From Candidatus Poribacteria bacterium (lineage in GTDB: Bacteria > Poribacteria > WGA-4E > WGA-3G), in the NCBI GenBank assembly GCA_965205015.1, contig OZ242029.1, positions 5,590,352-5,654,351 on the forward strand: DNA of 64,000 bases. Reading direction: 5' to 3'. A model generated the notes under the pieces. That model was not told where the DNA came from. It made no database searches and worked only from the letters and a program-made list of their open reading frames with translations. Shown here one piece after another: positions 20,592 through 29,310 of this stretch. Each line of letters begins with the position of its first letter. Position 1 is the stretch's first letter. The position numbers and the translations under genes were made by a program.

Positions 20592-21662
20592 ATGAAACCA
20601 CCAATCCACCTGACCGAACCGCAAGGTAAAATTAAAAAATCCAAATTTTTACCTCTCCTTCTCATCCTGCTTTGTGCAGTTGCAATCGGCGTTGGCATCA
20701 GACATTACAAGGGTAACAAACCGCCTGTCGGAGCGTGGGAAGTCTATTTCAGTGAAGTCGATACCGAGGAGAACCACTATTCCCTTGAGAAACGTCTCGT
20801 CGAGAAACTTACCACTGCCACATCGCGAGTCGATGCCGCGCTCTACCACTTAGACGCCACGTCGATAGCCGATGGCTTAATCAAAGCATACCGGCGTGGG
20901 GTACAGGTGCGCATCGTCACTGAGACGGACAATATTGATGAGGAAGCAATTGCGCGATTGCAAGAAGCAGGCATTCCAGTTGCCGACGACGGAGATTCCA
21001 ACGGTTACATGCACCACAAATTCGTTGTGATTGACGAGCGATACGTCTGGACGGGCTCCTATAACACCACCTATAATGGGGCGCATAAAAATAACAATAA
21101 CGTCATATTCATCGATTCCGTCCCGCTGGCATATAACTTCACCCAAGAGTTTCGAGAACTGTTTCGGCAGATGCGGGCTGAGAAACCCTCTGGTGCGTCT
21201 GTTGTACATCCGAAAGTGACACTCAGCGACGGAACACAGATATTCACCTATTTTTCACCAGACAATGATATTATTTCGTCGCTCCTGAGGGAAATCGGAG
21301 CCGCCAAGAAGTCGATTCATTTTATGGCGTTTGCGTTTACACATGATGCACTCGGCAATGCGATGCGTAAACGCTCTGAAGCCGGTGTTGAGGTCCGGGG
21401 CGTGTTCGAGGGACGACAGGTTGACGATCGCTACTCAGAACATAATGCGATGAAGCAGGCAGGGTTACAAGTCGCTGTAGATGGAAATAGAGGGGCTATG
21501 CATCACAAGGTACTTGTGATCGATGCGGAGACGGTGATTACGGGTTCCTACAACTTCTCCAAGAACGCCGAAGTGCGCAATAGCGAGAACCTATTGATTA
21601 TTAAAGGAAACCCCGATATTGCTCAAGCATACCTGGCAGAATTTGATCGAATCGTGCGCTAA
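20592..21662 (+). CDS. Membrane-anchored phospholipase D-superfamily (Nuc-like) protein with two HKD domains
   Basis: MHHKFVVID..TGSYN and MHHKVLVID..TGSYN; N-terminal TM segment. Confidence 0.9.
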   Translation: MKPPIHLTEPQGKIKKSKFLPLLLILLCAVAIGVGIRHYKGNKPPVGAWEVYFSEVDTEENHYSLEKRLVEKLTTATSRVDAALYHLDATSIADGLIKAYRRGVQVRIVTETDNIDEEAIARLQEAGIPVADDGDSNGYMHHKFVVIDERYVWTGSYNTTYNGAHKNNNNVIFIDSVPLAYNFTQEFRELFRQMRAEKPSGASVVHPKVTLSDGTQIFTYFSPDNDIISSLLREIGAAKKSIHFMAFAFTHDALGNAMRKRSEAGVEVRGVFEGRQVDDRYSEHNAMKQAGLQVAVDGNRGAMHHKVLVIDAETVITGSYNFSKNAEVRNSENLLIIKGNPDIAQAYLAEFDRIVR

Positions 21663-22813
21663 GGCGTTTCGCCTAATATTACTGTAGAATAGTGTTCGGT
21701 TCCATTCCTACCGATTTTAAGTTGGACCTTCGTATTCGGGCGCTTACTCACAACGCATTTTAACAACTCGTCGTAAGAGCGTACAGGGGCTTCGTTAAAT
21801 TCCAAGATAAGATCCTGAGGTAAAAGCCCGCCTTTGTGCGCCGGACTGTTTTCAATCACACCCGTAACGAGGACCCCTAAATCGCCAATATCAACTTCAA
21901 CACCGAGCCAGCCCCGCGCAACCTTCCCGTGTTCTATAATTTCTGTGGCAACCGCGCGAACCGTCTCTATCGGCACAGCAAAAGTGATTTCCTGATTCCG
22001 AGCCGCCAGCGGGGATCGAGCAAGAAGTTGTGTAATGTCTATATCGCCCTGCTTCTCGAAAAGTGTGTCAAGCGGAGCATGCGTAGCCGTCGGTTCCGTC
22101 AGGACTGCAAGTATCATTCCAACGACCTCTCCTGACGTGTCTACCACTGCCCCACCGCTGTTGCCAGGTGTAACCGCCGCGTTGATTTTAATTAATTCGC
22201 CACACAATTGATTCGGCAAGGTATCCCAACCCCCCACAATACCGAAGGAGACAATGGGACTCTGGCCATAACTGCTCCCGATTGTCACAACCCAGGAACC
22301 GGTATCAATTTTTGAAGAATCACCCCACTTACGAGGCAGCGTGAATTCGATCCATTCCTCAGGTACCGTTGGAGACCTGACCGCATTCGTTGGTGGTGTG
22401 GATTCGCGCAGCGGACCTGTAGCCCGAAGCACAGCAATATCAGTGAACACATCAGTGCCGATGAGTTTTGCTGAAGACACCCTTTTATTGTTAAAGATAA
22501 CCTCAATCTTACTCGGGGGTCCCATCTCGAAAGTGGTCGTCACAATGTGTCCAGCGGTGTCAATGACAATACCAGAACCGATGTTCTGGCGCATCAGTGC
22601 TAACTCTTTAGTGTTCCACGAAAGTGGGACCGGTACGCCTTGTGTTGCGACAACCTTCACAACGGTAGGACGGGCATCCGTGACGATCCTCTGGAAATCC
22701 TTTTCAAGCCGCTGCAGCAGGCTCTCATTGGTGAAACCGGGAATGGCGACAGAGAGGAGGAGACTCAGTGCTCCAATTATCAGTAGTTGGCGTTTTAATT
22801 TTCGTGTGTACAT
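21659..22813 (-). CDS. HtrA/DegP-like trypsin-PDZ protein, apparently lacking the catalytic His
   Basis: IGSGIVI, TDIAVL, PGNSGG, RGWLGV PDZ; TTTFEM where TNNHVV is expected. Confidence 0.85.
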   Translation of the reverse strand: MYTRKLKRQLLIIGALSLLLSVAIPGFTNESLLQRLEKDFQRIVTDARPTVVKVVATQGVPVPLSWNTKELALMRQNIGSGIVIDTAGHIVTTTFEMGPPSKIEVIFNNKRVSSAKLIGTDVFTDIAVLRATGPLRESTPPTNAVRSPTVPEEWIEFTLPRKWGDSSKIDTGSWVVTIGSSYGQSPIVSFGIVGGWDTLPNQLCGELIKINAAVTPGNSGGAVVDTSGEVVGMILAVLTEPTATHAPLDTLFEKQGDIDITQLLARSPLAARNQEITFAVPIETVRAVATEIIEHGKVARGWLGVEVDIGDLGVLVTGVIENSPAHKGGLLPQDLILEFNEAPVRSYDELLKCVVSKRPNTKVQLKIGRNGTEHYSTVILGETP

Positions 22814-22915
22814 GCTTTATTTCCTTGAAGGAAAGTGTGCTAAAGTTGTAGTGGGGCTTGTACCTGCCCACCAACTCTCGAACTTGAGATGCACTTTAGA
22901 ACATCTGCAAAATTT

Positions 22916-23494
22916 TTACAGCCCACCCCGTGTGGACGCGTTGGTATAACTCACCTGTTTTAAGACGTAATGTTGCTGCATTGGGCGCACCGGCGTTGAG
23001 ATAACACCACCGGGTAGAAACTGACTGCCGTTTTCCACAGTACGCCGCGGCACGACTGGCGAGGTCGCAACCCGAACTTCTTGAGACTTAGATGTTATCG
23101 CAGTCGAACCGGCGTCTCGATCGAACAAGGATCCACCTTGATAGAGATAGGTGCCAGTTACGGCGAGAATTAACACCAAAATTCCACTAATTGCCCATAC
23201 GGGACGGCGAAATACATCCAACAGTTGCTTCCAACCTGTTGTCGCGCTCCCTGTCACTCCCTCGATCTCGCGTTGCTCTTCGGCAATCCGTTGCAGCAAC
23301 GTCGGCATAAAGTAGGGGGAAGGCTCAATCTGTGGCAATTGCTGGACTGCCTTAACAGATTCCTGAAATCTGCCATATTCCTGCTGACACGCCTCACACG
23401 TCGCGATGTGTTTTTCAAAACGCTGCAACGTCTGATAATCAAGTGTGTCCTCAAAATGATCGGTGAAATGTTCCTCAGCCTGTAGGCAGTTCAT
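22916..23494 (-). CDS. Zinc-binding anti-sigma factor (zf-HC2) with TM helix
   Basis: MNC...HIATCEAC (HxxxCxxC); single TM; follows the ECF sigma gene. Confidence 0.88.
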   Translation of the reverse strand: MNCLQAEEHFTDHFEDTLDYQTLQRFEKHIATCEACQQEYGRFQESVKAVQQLPQIEPSPYFMPTLLQRIAEEQREIEGVTGSATTGWKQLLDVFRRPVWAISGILVLILAVTGTYLYQGGSLFDRDAGSTAITSKSQEVRVATSPVVPRRTVENGSQFLPGGVISTPVRPMQQHYVLKQVSYTNASTRGGL

Positions 23495-23518
23495 AATAAA
23501 CGACTCCTATGAACATTA

Positions 23519-23611
23519 TAGAACTTACGCAATTTCCATGGAAGACCTACGGCTCACACGCCGCTGGCGAGGTTTCAAACCTCGACAGCAAAGGATGCTG
23601 CGTAAGTCCTG
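23519..23611. mobile_element. ~93-bp MITE, copy 1, with 13-bp TIRs and 5-bp TSD CATTA
   Basis: TAGAACTTACGCA...TGCGTAAGTCCTG flanked by CATTA at 23514-18 and 23612-16; near-identical to the reverse complement of 37420-37513. Confidence 0.85.
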
Positions 23612-23613
23612 CA

Positions 23614-24213
23614 TTAGATAAACGATTTTAACTTATCTTTAAGCATGAGTCGGGCACGGTTAATGCGCGATTTCGTCGTGCCGCTCCGGAGTTCCAACAC
23701 CTCACTGATTTCGTCGTAACTCAGTCCCTGCAAGTCGCGCAAGACGAGCGGGAGTCTGTACTGTTCTGGCAATTCCGCGATCGCTTTTTGGATAGCGTTG
23801 CGTAATTCCTTACGTTCAAGTTCTACCTCCGGTTGGAAAGCCGGATTCGCGGGTGCGTTTGCAATCAAATCAATTTCTTCTATGTCGTTATGACGATCAC
23901 TTCCGTTGCTCACAACGTTATCAACTCTATATTTGTCCCGCCGCTCTCGATTTCGGATTTCATTTTTGCAAAGATTTTTAGCGATGTGATACATCCATGT
24001 TTTAAAATGTGCCTGGCCCGGTTTATAACGCTGCGCCGCTTTAAACATACGAATGAACGTCTCCTGCGCCAAATCCTCAGCGTTATCCCTATCATTGATG
24101 AACCGAGCAATGAAATTAATGAGGGGCTGCTGATGTCGGCGCACGAGAAGCGTAAAGGCGTCTTCATCTCCTTCTTGATAGCGTTCCATTAATTCATCAT
24201 CTAAGTCAAGCAT
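23614..24213 (-). CDS. ECF RNA polymerase sigma-70 factor (RpoE/SigW-like)
   Basis: AEDLAQETF, FKTWMYHIAKN, region 4 LSYDEISEVL...KSRINRAR; GGAGG RBS before ATG 24213. Confidence 0.93.
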   Translation of the reverse strand: MLDLDDELMERYQEGDEDAFTLLVRRHQQPLINFIARFINDRDNAEDLAQETFIRMFKAAQRYKPGQAHFKTWMYHIAKNLCKNEIRNRERRDKYRVDNVVSNGSDRHNDIEEIDLIANAPANPAFQPEVELERKELRNAIQKAIAELPEQYRLPLVLRDLQGLSYDEISEVLELRSGTTKSRINRARLMLKDKLKSFI

Positions 24214-24242
24214 CAGGTGCCTCCGGAAGTGCTTATCCATAA

Positions 24243-24270
24243 TATACACCAAACTTCGGATTTGGTTGCA
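24243..24270 (-). promoter_or_regulatory. Putative autoregulatory ECF promoter TGCAAC-N16-TGTA
   Basis: Minus strand tgcaac caaatccgaagtttgg tgtata directly upstream of the sigma gene; resembles SigW-type TGAAAC-N16-CGTA. Confidence 0.5.
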
Positions 24271-24303
24271 AATTTTTTCGGAGCATAAGACAGCGATCAG
24301 AAA

Positions 24304-24430
24304 CCGGTAGGAGAGGGAAAATCCGCAGAAATCCGCAGAAATACCCTATCAATACGCAGAAATACCCAAGCAAAAACACTCCAAGCAAAAACACTCCGAT
24401 TCCCAACTCACAACTGAAAACTGAACACTA
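24304..24430. repeat. Composite repeat: CCGGTAGGAG REP interrupted by the CGCAGAAA/CCAAGCAAAAAC module, followed by AACTGA units
   Basis: Flanks ccggtaggag...ctccgattcccaact resemble the uninterrupted ccggtaggagcgacctccgaatcgcgact at 26991. Confidence 0.75.
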
Positions 24431-24445
24431 TTTTATGGGCGTGTC

Positions 24446-24475
24446 TTGACCTTAAAATGGGTTTTCGTGTATGAT
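24446..24475 (+). promoter_or_regulatory. Putative sigma70 promoter TTGACC-N18-TATGAT
   Basis: Upstream of the methyltransferase-uxaA genes. Confidence 0.4.
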
Positions 24476-24602
24476 TGTTTTGATAAAGCACTACACAATC
24501 CTACAAAAGACCGACAATAATTTAGCATATTTATAGAACAGATGTCAAATTCAGAACGGGACAGCTGCTTTTATGGTAAACCCGAAAAATAAACAGACAC
24601 CT

Positions 24603-24652
24603 CGTAGGGGGTTTTTGCTTGGGTGTTTCCTTAGGTCTTGTACCTGCCCGCC
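24603..24652. repeat. GTAG REP interrupted by an inverted GTTTTTGCTTGGGT module
   Basis: gtagggg[gtttttgcttgggtgtttcctta]ggtcttgtacctgcccgcc versus the uninterrupted gtagtggggcttgtacctgcccacc at 22848-22872. Confidence 0.7.
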
Positions 24653-24698
24653 AATGCACAAGTTTATAATGTCCATTTAATTCTAAGGCCTACCATAG

Positions 24699-25280
24699 AT
24701 GGAGGTTTACATGTTTGATCAAGTCTTACAGGAAGTCGAGGCACAGTGTAAAGAAGAGAGAATTCCGATGCTGGGAGAAGAAAAGGCGAAATTTCTCGCC
24801 GCCTGCGTTGAAAAGGCGGAACCGACCCTCATTGTCGAATGTGGAACGGCTATCGGTTACTCCGGACTCTGGATGCTACGCGTGTTGAAAGCCGCCGGCA
24901 CCGGGCGTTTGATAACGATCGAGATAGATGCTAACCGTGCCGCACAAGCACAAACGAATTTCGAACGCGCCGGAATGGCAGACCTTGTCGACTCACGCAT
25001 CGGCGATGCACAAGAAGTCCTCAAACGCATTCAAGACCCTGTCGATTTTCTGCTCCTCGATAATAACTTCAACAATTACTTCCCCTGTTTTCAGGCAATT
25101 GAATCGCAGTTGACGAATCCAGCAACCGTCGTAGCGGATAACGTCGGTATCGGTGCCGAGTCAATGGCGGATTATCTGGAACACGTCCGAGAGCACTATG
25201 AATCCGAAACACATTGGTTTGACATCGATCTACCCTGGGTGAAACAGGACGCAATCGAAGTGAGCATCTATCGCCATTAA
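24699..25280 (+). CDS. SAM-dependent O-methyltransferase (caffeoyl-CoA OMT-like); start may be 24711
   Basis: VECGTAIGYSG, ITIEID, DFLLLD, VVADNV. Confidence 0.88.
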   Translation: MEVYMFDQVLQEVEAQCKEERIPMLGEEKAKFLAACVEKAEPTLIVECGTAIGYSGLWMLRVLKAAGTGRLITIEIDANRAAQAQTNFERAGMADLVDSRIGDAQEVLKRIQDPVDFLLLDNNFNNYFPCFQAIESQLTNPATVVADNVGIGAESMADYLEHVREHYESETHWFDIDLPWVKQDAIEVSIYRH

Positions 25281-25304
25281 TCCGCCAGTGCAAAAGGAGA
25301 GAGT

Positions 25305-28013
25305 TTGATGAATTATAATTTCGCCGCTGTTGCGCGGTTACCTTCGCCGGGTGATAACGTCGCTATCGCAACCCAAACGTTGGCGCGTGGGACACGCATC
25401 CGTTATGATGAACACGAGTTTGAATTGTCCCACACTATTTTAGAGGGACATCGGTTCGCTATCCGATCAATTTCGGAAACCGAGCCACTCTTGTCGTGGG
25501 GGTTACCTTTCGGTTTCGCTACACGTTCTATCTCCCCTGGCGATTACGTGTGTAATCAGAAGATGATTGATTCGTTATCTATTAGAAACCTACCCTTTGA
25601 ATTGCCAGAGACACCGAACTTCAGCGATAAGATGGCACCCTATCAATTAGATGAAACAGAATTCCGCGCAGGAAAACAGGTGCAGCGTCATGCAAACGAA
25701 CGCACCTTCCTCGGTTACCAGCGTCCTGGTAATCGGGGCGTTGGTACGCGAAACTATATCGTCGTTATGGGAACAACGGCGCGGACCGCGGGCTTTGCGA
25801 GAAGACTCGCCGATATGTGTCGTAAGGGTGAGGTCACCTCGCCCCTACAAAAAGCCTATCCGAACATAGACGGCATTGTCGCCGTAACGCACACGGAGGG
25901 TGGTGAAAGCAAGACACCAAATAACATTGATATGCTGCTCCGAACGCTCGCCGGTTTCACTGTCCATCCGAATATCGGCGCGGTCCTGCTTGTTGATTAC
26001 GGTACCGAGGCAGTCACAAATGAAATGCTCACGGCATATATGGCGCGCGAGGGATATGCCTTAGATGACGTCGTTCACCATTTCCATCGGCTACAAGACA
26101 GTTTCGACACGGACTTAGCCGGCGGTGCTGAAATTATTAACGGATGGTTGGACAGCGTAAACAGTGTCGCACGCACTGAGCAATCGCTGGAACACATCAA
26201 AATCGCCTTGCAGTGTGGCGGATCGGATGCCTTCTCCGGTGTATCGGGCAATCCGCTCGCCGCTTACGTTGCGAAAGAAGTGATCCGTTATGGCGGGTGC
26301 GCCAACCTTGCAGAGACGGATGAACTCATCGGTTCCGAGGCGTATGTACTACAGAATGCCCGCGACCTGCCGACAGCGCGCAAATTCCTCAACACGATTG
26401 AACGTTTCAAGGAACGTGCCGCGTGGCATGGGCACTCTACAGAGGCAAATCCTTCCGGTGGTAACAATTTCCGTGGACTCTATAATATCGCCATTAAATC
26501 GATCGGGGCGGCGATGAAACGGCATCCCGAGGTCTGCCTCGATTACGTCATTGATTACAGCGAACTGATGGAGAATCCGGGCTACTACTTCATGGACAGT
26601 CCCGGCAACGATTTGGAGAGCATCGCAGGGCAGGTGGCATCCGGGTCTAACATGATCTTCTTTGTCACCGGGAACGGTTCCATCACCAATTTCCCCTTCG
26701 TGCCGACACTTAAAATTGTCACGACAACAGGGCGATATGAAATGCTTGAAAAGGACATGGACGTGAATGCCGGCGCGTATCTTGACGGCACACCGATGGA
26801 AGCACTCGGGGAATCTATGCTCGACTTGACGGTTGATGTCGCCTCGGGTGAACGGTCTGTCGGGGAAAAAGCCGGACACTCCCAAGTCTCACTGTGGCGT
26901 GACTGGAAGCAGACGGGTCCCGTAGATTTAAACCCATTGTTGACAGAATCCGAATTGAAACCCGGCGACCCACTCCCAATTGATACTTCCCCGGTAGGAG
27001 CGACCTCCGAATCGCGACTCTCTGAGAAATTACAATTCCGTGCACTCCAAACAGAAGACGGATGTCGCACGGATCAAGTCGGGCTAATTTTGCCGACCAG
27101 TCTCTGTTCTGGGCAGATTGCGCAGATGATTGCGCATCGTTGCAACGAACGGAAAATTGGCAAAGCACAAGGTATCTCGCGTTTTGTCGCGCTTCCGCAT
27201 ACGGAGGGCTGCGGGGTCTCCAGCGGACGTTCCGAGGAGATTTACACCCGCACGATGATTGGACACCTCACGCATCCGACAGTTGCCCTGGGGCTACTCC
27301 TCGAACACGGTTGCGAAAAGACGCACAACGATCACGTCCGACATGAGATTCAGCAGTTGGGAATATCGCCGGAACGCTACGGTTGGGCGAGTGTGCAATT
27401 GGATGGTGGGATTGATGCCGTCATTGACAAGGTGCAAGATTGGTTCTCGGAGGAACTTGTGGATAAACCGACTGTTCCTGTCGTCGATGCCGGATTAGAA
27501 CATCTCTGCATCGCCGTGACATCAACTGGAAGGGTAACTGAAGAAGTCTCGGAGTCCCTGACGCAACTGACGCACAGCGTTGTCGCTGCAGGCGGAACGG
27601 TTGTTGTACCAGCGAACGCAACATTTATACATCACGGAAACCCACGGCGTGTGCCTACTACTTTGGCGTATGGGCAGCGGGTTGAGAAATCAGGTTTCCA
27701 CATCATGGAGACTCCCACCGATCAGCAGACGGAGACGCTGACAGGATTAGGCGCGACGGGTGTAGATCTGGCACTCGCGCATATCGTCGGGGCACCTTTG
27801 CAATCGCACGTGATGGTGCCGCTGCTTCAGGTTTCTACGGATGCTGCAACGCAAGCCACCTATGGCGCGGATTTGGATTTGGTGACTGCTGACGTTGATG
27901 CGTTGTTAGCGTTAATTGTAGAGGTGGCATCGCGGCAGTATACCCCGAAGCTGCATAGTAAAGGAAATACAGATTTTCAGTTAACGCGCGGGTTATTGGG
28001 AATTTCGATGTAA
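25305..28013 (+). CDS. UxaA/GarD-family sugar-acid dehydratase with a duplicated C-terminal module
   Basis: SAF-like N-terminus, GTRNYI, LQCGGSDAFSG..NP, ETDELIG, GN..GL.NIA.KS, MDSPGND; second module ALPHTEGCG. Confidence 0.87.
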   Translation: MMNYNFAAVARLPSPGDNVAIATQTLARGTRIRYDEHEFELSHTILEGHRFAIRSISETEPLLSWGLPFGFATRSISPGDYVCNQKMIDSLSIRNLPFELPETPNFSDKMAPYQLDETEFRAGKQVQRHANERTFLGYQRPGNRGVGTRNYIVVMGTTARTAGFARRLADMCRKGEVTSPLQKAYPNIDGIVAVTHTEGGESKTPNNIDMLLRTLAGFTVHPNIGAVLLVDYGTEAVTNEMLTAYMAREGYALDDVVHHFHRLQDSFDTDLAGGAEIINGWLDSVNSVARTEQSLEHIKIALQCGGSDAFSGVSGNPLAAYVAKEVIRYGGCANLAETDELIGSEAYVLQNARDLPTARKFLNTIERFKERAAWHGHSTEANPSGGNNFRGLYNIAIKSIGAAMKRHPEVCLDYVIDYSELMENPGYYFMDSPGNDLESIAGQVASGSNMIFFVTGNGSITNFPFVPTLKIVTTTGRYEMLEKDMDVNAGAYLDGTPMEALGESMLDLTVDVASGERSVGEKAGHSQVSLWRDWKQTGPVDLNPLLTESELKPGDPLPIDTSPVGATSESRLSEKLQFRALQTEDGCRTDQVGLILPTSLCSGQIAQMIAHRCNERKIGKAQGISRFVALPHTEGCGVSSGRSEEIYTRTMIGHLTHPTVALGLLLEHGCEKTHNDHVRHEIQQLGISPERYGWASVQLDGGIDAVIDKVQDWFSEELVDKPTVPVVDAGLEHLCIAVTSTGRVTEEVSESLTQLTHSVVAAGGTVVVPANATFIHHGNPRRVPTTLAYGQRVEKSGFHIMETPTDQQTETLTGLGATGVDLALAHIVGAPLQSHVMVPLLQVSTDAATQATYGADLDLVTADVDALLALIVEVASRQYTPKLHSKGNTDFQLTRGLLGISM
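25822..25848. repeat. REP family A copy, in frame in the uxaA-like gene (RKGEVTSPLQ)
   Basis: gtaagggtgaggtcacctcgcccctac; matches 14471-14501. Confidence 0.8.
26991..27019. repeat. CCGGTAGGAG REP-like element, in frame in the uxaA-like gene (PVGATSESRL)
   Basis: Shares both ends with the intergenic element at 24304-24408. Confidence 0.65.
27643..27664. repeat. REP family C fragment, in frame in the uxaA-like gene (PRRVPTT)
   Basis: cacggcgtgtgcctactacttt is 21/22 identical to 30412-30433. Confidence 0.75.
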
Positions 28014-28035
28014 TCAAATGATTTTGTTGTTTTGA

Positions 28036-29214
28036 TTAGAACGAGATTCGCAGCAATTCCACAGGAAAATCCGCCATGACAGTCGGCTTGCGGAGTGCCA
28101 TCAAACCGAGGGTCAACCATTTATCGATGGAAGGCAACGAAACGGCAAACCTGTCTGATTCAGGTATGAGATCGTTCTTTGTAAAAGGCGTTTTCTCGCC
28201 CCACCCGCGTGTAGCATGGTGTGCAAACCACATGCCAGCGGCGGATCCAAGAATACCCGCGACAACATACGGTTTATGGCTTTCCGCATTCGTCAACGCA
28301 ATGACCCCATTGCTGAATAGGGCACCCGCACACGCCCCAATTTGTATCAAAGCCGCCCTGCCGGCTGTGTATTCACCGCCAGCAGTCAATGTATAGCCAA
28401 GATACGCGACTGTTGGTAAGCCGACCATGGAGGCGAATACATAGGCTCGCGGTGAGTCCACATCCAAGAGGGAGACAATCCCATTTGCATAGACAGTCCC
28501 GACTAATCCCCCAAAGGAGATGAGATGTGAGCGTCCCTCACTTATCGGTTTGTCGTAAATCAACTTTGTTGTGGTCCACACCCCCGTCGGAACCCCAACC
28601 ATTGCGGACGCAACATAGATTCTGGCTTGCGTCCAATTTTCAAGATTTTCGATATTGGCGATGTATGGAATCGCGAGCCCGTACAATCCGCCCACAAATC
28701 CGCCGTTGGTCATCAAATAGGATTCACCCTTTTGAAACCATCTGTGATCCGTCAGTCTATGGGCAATCAGCCCGCCTATCGGCGTAGCGAGCATCGCCGA
28801 AGCAAGGTAAGCCTTGTCATTCTCTGCCTCAAACAACACTGGCACCCCGAAACCATAGAAGGTACCCGCGAAACTGCCCGATAAAATTAAATTGGAACGT
28901 CCGACACCGAGCCGATGATTCTTTGTTGCTGCAAGCGCGCCCGCAAAAGATCCGCCGCCAATCAGTAACTCCAATCCAGCAAATCGACTTCCCGATTCAA
29001 TCTCAAGGAGGCGCGCCATCCCCGGTCCGTAGAGCGAAAGCCCATAGAGTGTTGCGGCACCGACCAGTAGTGTCCTGCCTTCCTGCTGCTCTTTCAAGGA
29101 GATACCCTGTTCGCTTTGCGTTTGGGAATAGCCTTCAGGCACAAAAAAGATAAGAATAAAAACCACAAAGCACAGAAGAGAAGCGACGTTGTGAGGCATA
29201 AAACGAATTCTCAT
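28036..29214 (-). CDS. Hypothetical polytopic membrane protein with repeated Gly-rich helical hairpins
   Basis: Signal peptide; repeats of type G(R/E)S.L...GG..G..YG and AY.ASAM. Confidence 0.78.
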   Translation of the reverse strand: MRIRFMPHNVASLLCFVVFILIFFVPEGYSQTQSEQGISLKEQQEGRTLLVGAATLYGLSLYGPGMARLLEIESGSRFAGLELLIGGGSFAGALAATKNHRLGVGRSNLILSGSFAGTFYGFGVPVLFEAENDKAYLASAMLATPIGGLIAHRLTDHRWFQKGESYLMTNGGFVGGLYGLAIPYIANIENLENWTQARIYVASAMVGVPTGVWTTTKLIYDKPISEGRSHLISFGGLVGTVYANGIVSLLDVDSPRAYVFASMVGLPTVAYLGYTLTAGGEYTAGRAALIQIGACAGALFSNGVIALTNAESHKPYVVAGILGSAAGMWFAHHATRGWGEKTPFTKNDLIPESDRFAVSLPSIDKWLTLGLMALRKPTVMADFPVELLRISF

Positions 29215-29310
29215 TTTTTCCTTTTTAGCTTTTTAGATAAAAGCGCCTGAATCTGCTGCACTCCAACATACCGAAGACTCATTGCTGGGCACAGGAAAGA
29301 GTAGCGCCTT

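Noticed and set aside
20592-21662. PLD protein as an anti-phage nuclease
   Set aside because: It has a membrane anchor and two HKD domains, with no helicase or defence neighbours; an ordinary exported PLD/Nuc is more likely.
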